Positions 11,103 to 19,337 of a stretch of 64,000 nucleotides of DNA are shown here, piece after piece; the first letter of the stretch is position 1, and each line of letters begins with the position of its first letter. The notes beneath the pieces are model-generated. The model searched no databases, was not told the origin of the DNA, and was given only the letters and a program-made list of their open reading frames with translations. A program made the translations under genes and the position numbers. Origin of the DNA: an uncultured Thermoleophilia bacterium (GTDB lineage: Bacteria > Actinomycetota > Thermoleophilia > UBA2241); the NCBI GenBank assembly GCA_963715985.1, contig CAVQSP010000021.1:32001-96000 (forward strand). Reading direction: 5' to 3'.

Positions 11103-13157
11103 ATGGGACTGAGGAACTTCGTGCGACGGCTGGTCCGGGGGCCGGAGGACGACCCCCGCTGGGCCCGGCCGCTGCTGCTCGTGCTGCTCGGCGTGACGGC
11201 CGGGCTCTACCTGTGGGACCTGGGCGCGTCCGGCTGGGCCAACGCCTACTACTCGGCCGCGGTCCAGGGGATGACGAAGAGCTGGAAGGCGTTCTTCTTC
11301 GGCTCGTTCGACAGCGCCAACTTCATCACCGTGGACAAGACGCCCGCCTCCCTCTGGGTGATGGCGGCCTCGGCGCGGATCTTCGGCGTGAACGCCTGGA
11401 GCATCCTCGTTCCGCAGGCGCTGGCGGGCGTCGCCTCGGTGGGGCTGCTGTACGCGGCGGTGCGCCGCTGGGTCGGGCCCGCCGCGGGGCTCATCGCCGG
11501 CGCGGCGCTGGCGCTCACGCCCGTCGCCGCGCTCATGTTCCGCTTCAACAACCCGGACGCCCTGCTCGTGCTGCTGCTCGTCGGCGCGGCGTACGCCACG
11601 ATCCGCGCCGTGGACAGCGGCCGCACCTGGTGGCTGGTCGCCGCCGGCGCGCTGGTGGGCGCCGGGTTCATGACCAAGATGCTGCAGGCCTTCCTCATCA
11701 TCCCGGTGCTCGTGCTCGTCTACGCCGTCGCCGGCAAGCCGCGCCTGCTGCGGCGGATCTGGCAGATCGCCCTGGCCGGCGTGGCCGTGGTCGTCTCCGC
11801 GGGCTGGTGGGTCGCCGTCGTCGAGCTCTGGCCGAAGGCATCGCGGCCCTACATCGGCGGCTCGCAGACCAACAGCGTGGTGGAGCTCATCTTCGGCTAC
11901 AACGGCTTCGGCCGGCTCACCGGCAACGAGACCGGCAGCGTCGGCGGCATGGGCGGCAACGGCGCCGGCCAATGGGGCGCCACGGGTCTCTCCCGCCTCT
12001 TCCAGTCCGACTGGGGTGGCCAGATCGCCTGGCTCATCCCGGCGGCCATCGTCCTCGGACTCGCTTGCCTGTGGGTCGCCGGCCGCGCGCCGCGCACCGA
12101 CAAGCTGCGCGCCTCGGTGTTGCTGTGGGGCGGCTGGTTCGCCGTGACGGCGGCGGTGTTCAGCTACGGCGCCGGCATCATCCACCAGTACTACGCGGTG
12201 GCGCTGGCGCCGGCCATCGGCGCCCTGGTGGGCATCGGCGCCGCCACGCTGTGGGCCCGTCGCGACAGGCTCTGGAGCCGGCTCACGCTCGCCGTGACGC
12301 TGGCCGGCACGTCGGCCTGGGCCTTCGTGCTGCTGCAGCGCAGCGCGGACTGGCTGCCGGCGCTGCGCTACGCGATCCTCGCCGGCGGCGTGGCCGTAGC
12401 GCTGCTGCTCGTCGTGGCGCCGCTCGGCCGCCGGGCGCTTCGCGTGAGCGTGGTCACGGCCGGCCTGCTCGTGATGCTGGCCGGCCCGGCCGCCTACGCC
12501 GTCGACACCGTGCTGACGCCGCACACCGGCTCGATCCCGCTGGCCGGCCCCACCGTCGCCGGCGCCGCAGTCGGGCCCGGCGGCGGACAGGGCGGGCCGG
12601 GAGGCGGTCCCGGCGGAACGCCTCCCGCCTTCGCCACGCAGCAGGGTGCCGCTCAGGGTTCGACCTCGAGCGCCGGACAGATGACGCCGCCCGCCGGCGC
12701 CCCGACGTACTTCGCCGGCGGCCAGATGCCCGGCCAAGGCGCCATGGGCGACGGCGGCGGCACGGGCGGAGGCGCCATCGGCGGCCTGCTCGATGCCGGC
12801 ACCCCGAGCGCGGACCTGGTCGCTCTGCTGCAGACCGACGCCGACCAGTACACGTGGGTGGCCGCCGCGGTCGGCGCCAACTCGGCCGCCGGCTTCCAGC
12901 TGGCCGCCGACGAGCCGGTCCTCGCCATCGGCGGCTTCAACGGCAGCGACCCGGCACCTACACTGGCCGAGCTCAAGGAGCTCGTGAACGCGCGCCGGAT
13001 CCACTACTTCCTGGGCAGCGGCTCCGGCCAGGGCGGTCCGGGCGGCGGCGTGGGCGGCTCCGGCAGCTCGTCGGAGATCAGCTCCTGGGTGTCCTCGACC
13101 TTCTCGTCGACCACCGTGGGCGGCGTGACAGTGTACGACCTGACCAGCCCGAAGTGA
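11103..13157 (+). CDS. ArnT/PMT-like (GT39/GT83) membrane glycosyltransferase
   Basis: ANAYYSAAV, FITVDKTP, RFNNPDALL, GYNGFGRL, IGGFNGSDP; multiple TM helices. Confidence 0.9.
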   Translation: MGLRNFVRRLVRGPEDDPRWARPLLLVLLGVTAGLYLWDLGASGWANAYYSAAVQGMTKSWKAFFFGSFDSANFITVDKTPASLWVMAASARIFGVNAWSILVPQALAGVASVGLLYAAVRRWVGPAAGLIAGAALALTPVAALMFRFNNPDALLVLLLVGAAYATIRAVDSGRTWWLVAAGALVGAGFMTKMLQAFLIIPVLVLVYAVAGKPRLLRRIWQIALAGVAVVVSAGWWVAVVELWPKASRPYIGGSQTNSVVELIFGYNGFGRLTGNETGSVGGMGGNGAGQWGATGLSRLFQSDWGGQIAWLIPAAIVLGLACLWVAGRAPRTDKLRASVLLWGGWFAVTAAVFSYGAGIIHQYYAVALAPAIGALVGIGAATLWARRDRLWSRLTLAVTLAGTSAWAFVLLQRSADWLPALRYAILAGGVAVALLLVVAPLGRRALRVSVVTAGLLVMLAGPAAYAVDTVLTPHTGSIPLAGPTVAGAAVGPGGGQGGPGGGPGGTPPAFATQQGAAQGSTSSAGQMTPPAGAPTYFAGGQMPGQGAMGDGGGTGGGAIGGLLDAGTPSADLVALLQTDADQYTWVAAAVGANSAAGFQLAADEPVLAIGGFNGSDPAPTLAELKELVNARRIHYFLGSGSGQGGPGGGVGGSGSSSEISSWVSSTFSSTTVGGVTVYDLTSPK

Positions 13158-13217
13158 GAAGCTGAGCCGGGAAGGCGGGAGCTCGTGCTGCGCCCGCCGC
13201 TCCCTCCTCGGTCGTGG

Positions 13218-13248
13218 GGCGCATCCCTCTGGTCCGGGGGTGCGCCCT
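13218..13248 (+). terminator. Hairpin after the glycosyltransferase gene
   Basis: gggcgcatccct...gggggtgcgccc inverted repeat. Confidence 0.45.
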
Positions 13249-13344
13249 GTGCGTTGACGGTCGCCGTGGACGGCCCCACAAACGGTGACAGGTTACGAGC
13301 ATCGGGAACATCTAAAACTATTCGCACGTCACGAGGAGGTCATC

Positions 13345-14760
13345 ATGGCCGCTTCAGGCAACGCAGACGACGTCGTCCGGACCCTGCGCTCTCGCCTCGC
13401 AGGCGATGTGGTAGGGCCCGGAGACGACGAGTACGATGCAGCCCGGTCCGTCTGGAATGGGATGATCGACAAGCGTCCGGCGGCCGTCGCGCGCTGCCGG
13501 TCCACGGAGGATGTCGCGGCCGTCGTTGACGCGGCGCGCGAGTTCGGACTGCCGCTGGCCATCCGTGGGGGCGGGCACAACGTCGCCGGCCTCGCGACCA
13601 GCGAGGGTGGCCTGGTGATCGACCTTGGCGCTATGGACACCGTGGAGGTCGACGCGGAGCGCCGCCTGGTGACGGTCCAGGGCGGCGCGATCTGGCGCGC
13701 GGTGGATGCGGCGACGCAGGCGTACGGCCTCGCAGCTCCGGCCGGGCTCGTCTCCGAGACGGGGGTCGCCGGCCTCACGCTCGGTGGGGGCATCGGTTGG
13801 CTGCGCCGCAAGCACGGCCTCTCCTGCGACAACCTCGTGGCGGCCGAGATCGTGACCGCGCGCGGCGAGATCGTGCGTGCGGCCGCCGACGAGAACCCGG
13901 ACCTGCTCTGGGCCCTGCGCGGCGGGGGCGGCAACTTCGGTGTGGTCACGTCGTTCCAGTTCCGCCTGCATCCCGTGGGTCCAGAGGTCGCCTACGCGCT
14001 GGTGCTGTACGACGGCGCCGAGACCGCGCCGGCGCTTCGGGCCTTACGGGTGCTCGGCGAGCGTCTGCCTGTCGAGATGTCGCCTATAGCGTTCACGGGC
14101 GGTGTGCCGGTGGGCATGGAGGGCGTCCCGGCGGAGCACTTCGGCAAGGCGATGCTGGCCGTCGCGGCCGCCTACGTTGGGCATCCAGACGAGGGCGAGA
14201 AGGCTCTGCAGCCGCTGCGTGGTCTGGCGACACCGCTCGCCGATCTGAGCGGCCGCATGCCGTACGCGCAGCTGCAGCAGTTCCTGGATGAGGACTACCC
14301 GCGCGGGCGCCACTACTACTGGAAGTCCGCAGCGGTGGCCGAGCTCAGCGACGAAGTCATCGACATCGTCGCGGCGTTCGCGGACTCCCAGCCGTCTCCG
14401 CTCAGCACGATCGACGTGTGGCTGATGGGCGGGGCTCTCCGAGAGGAACCGGACGGCGGGTCAGCCTACTCGGGCCGCACTGCCGGCTACCTGGTGAACC
14501 CGGAGTCTGACTGGGACGATCCGGCCGGCGACGAGGAGAACATCGCCTGGGCGCGGCAGCTCATCAAGGCGCTCGAGCCGCACACCGTCGGGACCTACCT
14601 CAACTTCCCGGGACTTCTGGAGGAAGGTGAGCAGCAACTCCGCACGAGCTTTGGCTCCAACTACGAGCGGCTGGTGGACGTCAAGACCACGTGGGATCCG
14701 GACAACCTGTTCCGCATCAATCACAACGTGGTGCCGCGGCGGCAGGGTGAGTCGGCGTAG
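13345..14760 (+). CDS. FAD-linked oxidoreductase (BBE/6-HDNO family)
   Basis: gaggagg RBS; RGGGHNVAG, ALRGGGGNFGVVT, YLNF, WDPDNLFRINHN. Confidence 0.93.
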   Translation: MAASGNADDVVRTLRSRLAGDVVGPGDDEYDAARSVWNGMIDKRPAAVARCRSTEDVAAVVDAAREFGLPLAIRGGGHNVAGLATSEGGLVIDLGAMDTVEVDAERRLVTVQGGAIWRAVDAATQAYGLAAPAGLVSETGVAGLTLGGGIGWLRRKHGLSCDNLVAAEIVTARGEIVRAAADENPDLLWALRGGGGNFGVVTSFQFRLHPVGPEVAYALVLYDGAETAPALRALRVLGERLPVEMSPIAFTGGVPVGMEGVPAEHFGKAMLAVAAAYVGHPDEGEKALQPLRGLATPLADLSGRMPYAQLQQFLDEDYPRGRHYYWKSAAVAELSDEVIDIVAAFADSQPSPLSTIDVWLMGGALREEPDGGSAYSGRTAGYLVNPESDWDDPAGDEENIAWARQLIKALEPHTVGTYLNFPGLLEEGEQQLRTSFGSNYERLVDVKTTWDPDNLFRINHNVVPRRQGESA

Positions 14761-14798
14761 GGAGGGACAGAGCGCACCGGCCGGCGCCCCGCCGGACA

Positions 14799-15890
14799 TC
14801 AGGCGGGCGGCGCGAGCTCGCCGGCGGGCACCTGCTGCGTGATGCAGCCCAGGCCGCCGCCGCCGAAGGCGGAGAGCTCGGTGGGCAGGCCGACAGGCTC
14901 GCGCCCGACGAGCTCGCCGATCTCGCTGTGCATCTCGTCCTCGCCCTCGGCGCCGGTGAGCGGCAGCAGCACGGCGCCCTCGACGAAGACCATGTTCACG
15001 TAGGGCGCCGGCATGAGGATGCCGGCGCCGGGCCCGCTGACGCCTTCCAGCCCGGCGCCCACGCCCTGCACATACGGCAGTACCGGGCTCTCCACGACCT
15101 CCAGCCGCCGCCCGGCCGCGTCCGTGGCGGCCAGCAGCACCTCGAGATTCTCCTGCAGGCGGGAGTAGTTGACGTTGTCCGGCTCGCAGGTCTGGGCCAG
15201 GACGACACCGGGGGCCACGAACTGCGCCACATCGTCCACGTGACCGGACGTGGAGAGCGGCCCTGAGTCCTCCACGAGCCCGTACGGCAGCCAGATGATC
15301 GTGTCCACACCCAGCCAGTCGCACAGCAGCGCCTCGTTGTCGGCGCGGCTGAGGCCGAGGTTGCGGTTGTGCAGGAGGCACTGCTCGGTGGTGAGCAGGG
15401 TACCCTCGCCGTCGGTGTTGAAGGCGCCGCCCTCGAGCACGAACGGCGCCCGGTAGAGCCTGGCGCCCCACGCCGCGGCGATGCGCGCCGGCACCTCGGC
15501 GTCCTTGTCGTACGGAGTGAAGTGCTCGTTCCAGCCGTCGAAGCGGAATTGCACGGGCGCCACGCGGCCGTCACCGTCGCGCAGGAAGATAGGGCCGTTG
15601 TCGCGGATCCAGGAGTCGTCCAGGGGGATGGGGAGGAGGTCGATGCCGTCTCCCAGCGCCTCGCGCGCCTCAGCCTCCTGAGCCGGGTCCACCACCACGG
15701 TGACCGGCTCGAAGCCAGCGATGCCGCGCGCCACCTCGGCCCACTCCGCACGCGCCGCGTCCATGAGCGGGCCGAACAGGTCCTCCCGGCACGGCCACGA
15801 CAGCAGCGTGCAGCGGTGCGGCGCGAAGCGCGCCGGCAGGCGGAAGCCGTCGGCGCGCGGGGTGGACGAGGTCTGCGGCCCGGGATTCAT
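14799..15890 (-). CDS. aguA: Agmatine deiminase
   Basis: DDSWIRDNGP, LEGG, TTEQCLL, GHVD, GGGGLGCITQQVP. Confidence 0.9.
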   Translation of the reverse strand: MNPGPQTSSTPRADGFRLPARFAPHRCTLLSWPCREDLFGPLMDAARAEWAEVARGIAGFEPVTVVVDPAQEAEAREALGDGIDLLPIPLDDSWIRDNGPIFLRDGDGRVAPVQFRFDGWNEHFTPYDKDAEVPARIAAAWGARLYRAPFVLEGGAFNTDGEGTLLTTEQCLLHNRNLGLSRADNEALLCDWLGVDTIIWLPYGLVEDSGPLSTSGHVDDVAQFVAPGVVLAQTCEPDNVNYSRLQENLEVLLAATDAAGRRLEVVESPVLPYVQGVGAGLEGVSGPGAGILMPAPYVNMVFVEGAVLLPLTGAEGEDEMHSEIGELVGREPVGLPTELSAFGGGGLGCITQQVPAGELAPPA

Positions 15891-15968
15891 CGGGGCGATG
15901 GTATCAGAGCTGCGTCGCCGGGCACATGCCGGTCTCCGTCGCGGCCCTCGGCCCCTCTGGCGGCAGTC

Positions 15969-17006
15969 TCAGTCCCCACCTTGCTGTCCGCCAGCGTGGC
16001 AGCGGACGCAGTCCGCCAGCTTCCCCGGGCTCTGCCCCTCGTGCTGGCCGCGCACCTTGGCCTCGGTGTGTGCGTGGCAGCCGTAGCACGTGTAGGTCTT
16101 GAGGTCGACCGGGTGACAGGTCTGGCAGGTGGCCTTCAGCTCCTCGCTGCCGTGGTCGAGTGGGAACACGGCGTGGTCCAAGGTCACGTCGCTCCAGTGC
16201 GCGGCCGTGTGACAGCCTTCACACTGTCGCCCGTATGCGCCGTCGTGCTCGTCGTCCGCGGCGTGACACGAGTAGCAGTCCTGGGGGGTGTTCCTGATGC
16301 CCTGGCCGGACCGGGCCTCGGTGTGGCAGTCGGCGCACGGCACGCCGACGTGCTTGCCGGTGAGTTTGAAGGGAACGGCGCCATGATCGAAGGCCGCGCC
16401 GTCGCGGCCGCTGCCGTCGTGGCAGGGCAGGCAGTCCTTGCCGTAGAGGGCCCCGTGCGTCTTCATGAAGAACGCGTCGATCTCCGTGTGGCACCTCACG
16501 CACACGGCCTGGTCAAAGTCGGTCACGTCCCTGGGGTGGCAGTCTGCACAGACGAACCTGCCAGCTTTGGCCGTCTTCTTGTGGCTGCGCAGCGAGTAGC
16601 CGGTGAGGTCGTGAGGGAAGCTCGCCTCGTCGAGGACGGTGAGCGCGCCGGCCCTTCCGTCGTGCTCAGGGTGACAGCCGCTGCACGCACCTGACAGCGT
16701 GGCCCCCAGGCGGCCGTGAAGGCCCGTTCTGGCCGCGATCTCCGCACCGATGTCAGCGTGGCAGCCGGCGCAGGAGTCGGCCATCGTCCGTGAGCTCCAC
16801 GGTGCGGGGTGACAGGCGCCGCAGTCGCCCTTCAGCCCCGCGTGGTTCGTGACCCCGCCGAGCGGCTTGCCTGTGGCCTCGGCGTTCAGTTCGCCCGGGC
16901 TGAACAGGACAGGACCCCTGAACAGCGTCCAGGCCAGGAGTCCCAGCAGCAGGACGACGGCGACCGTGATGCCGGCGGCGGACACGAAGCCCGGTCGTCT
17001 GTTCAT
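15969..17006 (-). CDS. Membrane-anchored multiheme cytochrome c (12 CxxCH)
   Basis: N-terminal TM; CGACH, CAGCH, CSGCH, CADCH, CVRCH, CLPCH, CADCH, CYSCH, CEGCH, CQTCH, CYGCH, CVRCH. Confidence 0.93.
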   Translation of the reverse strand: MNRRPGFVSAAGITVAVVLLLGLLAWTLFRGPVLFSPGELNAEATGKPLGGVTNHAGLKGDCGACHPAPWSSRTMADSCAGCHADIGAEIAARTGLHGRLGATLSGACSGCHPEHDGRAGALTVLDEASFPHDLTGYSLRSHKKTAKAGRFVCADCHPRDVTDFDQAVCVRCHTEIDAFFMKTHGALYGKDCLPCHDGSGRDGAAFDHGAVPFKLTGKHVGVPCADCHTEARSGQGIRNTPQDCYSCHAADDEHDGAYGRQCEGCHTAAHWSDVTLDHAVFPLDHGSEELKATCQTCHPVDLKTYTCYGCHAHTEAKVRGQHEGQSPGKLADCVRCHAGGQQGGD

Positions 17007-17036
17007 GCCGTCCTCTCTCGCATTCCCGGCGTCATG

Positions 17037-17606
17037 TCATCGCTGCAGCGTCGCATAGCAGAGCGCCGCGACGACGTGGACGAAGGCGGCAGCGAACAGC
17101 GCCCACGTGAGGGGCACGTGGACGATGTGCCAGACGGCCAGCACCCGGCGCCGCGCCGCGAGCTTCGCGCGGCGGCCGTCCAGGTCGGACGCGCCCGCTC
17201 CCGCACCGGCGTCCTCCAGCGTTCGTGGTATGGCCGTGTAGATGAACCGGCCCACGACGCCGCTGGCGACCACCACGACCGTCAGTACCGTGGTCAGACC
17301 GGCGAGCCCCTGGAATCTCCACGCCGTGTGCAGCAGGACCATGTAAGGGCCGACGAGGCCCGTGACCATGTGGAACCTGAGCCAGGACGACGTGGCCCCC
17401 CAGCGCGCGTCCACGCGCAGCTTGCGCAAGGAGTAGAGGGTGGCCGTCATGAGCATGAGGACGAAGCCGGCGATCCCGATGCCGTGGCCGACGAGGCTCG
17501 CCGCGGTCGGAAAGGCGTCCTCCTGCACGTATGCCAGCACATAGAGTGCCGTGACCGTGGCGATCGCGGCCAGCGCATACCAGATCTCGCGCCCCCGCTT
17601 AGGCAC
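17037..17606 (-). CDS. Polytopic membrane protein with several His residues (possible cytochrome b-like)
   Basis: GHGIG, YSLRK, WLRFHMVTG, LLHT, WHIVHVP, FVHV in TM helices; lies between the flavoprotein and cytochrome c genes. Confidence 0.75.
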   Translation of the reverse strand: MPKRGREIWYALAAIATVTALYVLAYVQEDAFPTAASLVGHGIGIAGFVLMLMTATLYSLRKLRVDARWGATSSWLRFHMVTGLVGPYMVLLHTAWRFQGLAGLTTVLTVVVVASGVVGRFIYTAIPRTLEDAGAGAGASDLDGRRAKLAARRRVLAVWHIVHVPLTWALFAAAFVHVVAALCYATLQR

Positions 17607-18915
17607 GTCCGGCCTTCCAGTCCCTCCAGAGGCTGTTGACGATCTCGACGATCGGCGCCTCCGGCGCCTCCAGAGCAGCCTCCACCCCGCGGACGTCGAC
17701 GCGCGCTTCGATGAGCTCCTGCAGGGGGAACGAGAGCGTCTGGTCGCCCATGACCACGGCGCCGACGATGGTGCCTGCGCCCAGCGCGATGCGGATGTGC
17801 GCGTCGCCGCGCTGCGCCTCGACGATGGCCGCCTCGCAGAGCTCCGACCAGACCTGGCTGTCGCCCCTGGAGAGGCCCTCAAGGTCCGCGTCCGGACCGC
17901 TGCCGACCGTGCCGATGATCGTCGTGTGCAGGCCGGCGAGTCTCGTCACGTTGAGCGGCGAACCTTCGTCGAAGCCTATGACCGGCTCGCCCGCCATGTT
18001 GCGGCCGGCCACGCGGCCCTTGGCGATGGCGGCGTTCCAGAGCACGTCGAGCGTGCGGCGACCCGTATGCGCGTCCCACACCTCGGCGACGTCTCCGGCC
18101 GCGAAGACATGGGGGTCGCTCGCCTGCAGGTGCTCGTCGACGAGGACCCCGCGGCCGCAGGCGAGCCCTGCCTCCACCGCCAGCTCGATCCGCGGCCGCA
18201 CGCCCACGGCTACGACGACGAGGTCGCAGGGGATCCTCGTTCCGTCGCCGGTCTCGACGGCGACCACCCTGCCGCCGCGGCCGACGATCCGGGCCAGCTC
18301 GCAGAACCGGTGGATCTCCACGCCCTCCCGCTGCAGCGCCAGCTCGACGATCCGGGACTCGGACGCGGACAGGACGTTGCTCCAGTAGCGGTCTTTGCGC
18401 AAGAAGTAGTGGACATGGACTCCCCGCGCCCTCAGGCCTTCGACGAGTTCCAGGGCGGTGATGCCCCCTCCGACCACGACCGCCGACTCGGCTGCGTGAC
18501 TCCTCCGCACGATGTCGCGGGCGTCGTCCATGTCGTCGAGCTTGACGACTCCGTCGAACTCGACGCCCGGGACGCCGGGCATGATGGCTCCCGAGCCGGT
18601 AGCCAGCAGGAGCCGGTCGTACGTGAGCACCCGGCCGCTCTGGAGCGTCACCAGGTGAGCGGCCGGATCGATCGCCGTGGCGCGCTCGCTGACCATCGCC
18701 AGACCGAGGGTCGCGATCTCCGCTGCCGAGAACGGGTACAGCCGCTTCTCCGGCAGTTCGTTCGTCAGGTAGTACGCGAGCCCGGGGCGCGAGTAGAAGC
18801 CGTGGGGATCAGCGCCGACGACGATGATCTCGGCGCCGTCGTCCGTGAGGCGGATGGCCCTGGCCGCCGCCATTGCGCCCGGCCCGACGCCGATGAGCAC
18901 GTGGCGCCTGGTCAC
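17599..18915 (-). CDS. FAD-dependent pyridine nucleotide oxidoreductase (NirB/rubredoxin reductase-like)
   Basis: IGVGPGA, YSRP, YDRLLLATG, VVGGGITALE, VFAAGDVAE. Confidence 0.9.
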   Translation of the reverse strand: MTRRHVLIGVGPGAMAAARAIRLTDDGAEIIVVGADPHGFYSRPGLAYYLTNELPEKRLYPFSAAEIATLGLAMVSERATAIDPAAHLVTLQSGRVLTYDRLLLATGSGAIMPGVPGVEFDGVVKLDDMDDARDIVRRSHAAESAVVVGGGITALELVEGLRARGVHVHYFLRKDRYWSNVLSASESRIVELALQREGVEIHRFCELARIVGRGGRVVAVETGDGTRIPCDLVVVAVGVRPRIELAVEAGLACGRGVLVDEHLQASDPHVFAAGDVAEVWDAHTGRRTLDVLWNAAIAKGRVAGRNMAGEPVIGFDEGSPLNVTRLAGLHTTIIGTVGSGPDADLEGLSRGDSQVWSELCEAAIVEAQRGDAHIRIALGAGTIVGAVVMGDQTLSFPLQELIEARVDVRGVEAALEAPEAPIVEIVNSLWRDWKAGRA

Positions 18916-18916
18916 G

Positions 18917-19189
18917 TCAGCGGGCCTTTCGACCGCGGGACCTCCGCGGAGCGACGATGGGCTCGAAGCGCAGGAGCCCGCGCGGGCAGCGCTTCACGCA
19001 CTCGCCGCAGGTGAGGCAGTGGCCATCGCCCACCGGCTCCTCGCGCCACACATGCCGTCGCACGTCGATGCCCATGGGGCAGTTGAACGAGCACATGCCG
19101 CACTGAACGCAGCGGCCGGGCTCCGGCGTGACCCACGCCGTGGCCAGATCGATGTATCTCGCTCTGTCCGCTTTGAACCAGTCCACCAT
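18917..19189 (-). CDS. 2x[4Fe-4S] ferredoxin
   Basis: CVQCGMCSFNCP and CLTCGECVKRCP. Confidence 0.85.
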   Translation of the reverse strand: MVDWFKADRARYIDLATAWVTPEPGRCVQCGMCSFNCPMGIDVRRHVWREEPVGDGHCLTCGECVKRCPRGLLRFEPIVAPRRSRGRKAR

Positions 19190-19337
19190 GCCCAAGTACA
19201 CCCATGGTGTCGTAAACGGGACCACAAGGCCACCCGGCGGAACGCACGCGGCACGTCCTCCGGTAGTAGGATTGCACGGTCGCGGCCCCGGTGGCCGCGA
19301 CTCCTGCCATGCAGGCTTCTCACCGGTGGGGGAAGGC

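Noticed and set aside
8523-13004. 1493-aa minus-strand ORF and other long overlapping ORFs (e.g. 6308..8641, 21191..23833, 27626..29926)
   Set aside because: Shadow frames typical of high-GC DNA; only the parts matching real genes (kinase C-terminus, cphB) are meaningful.
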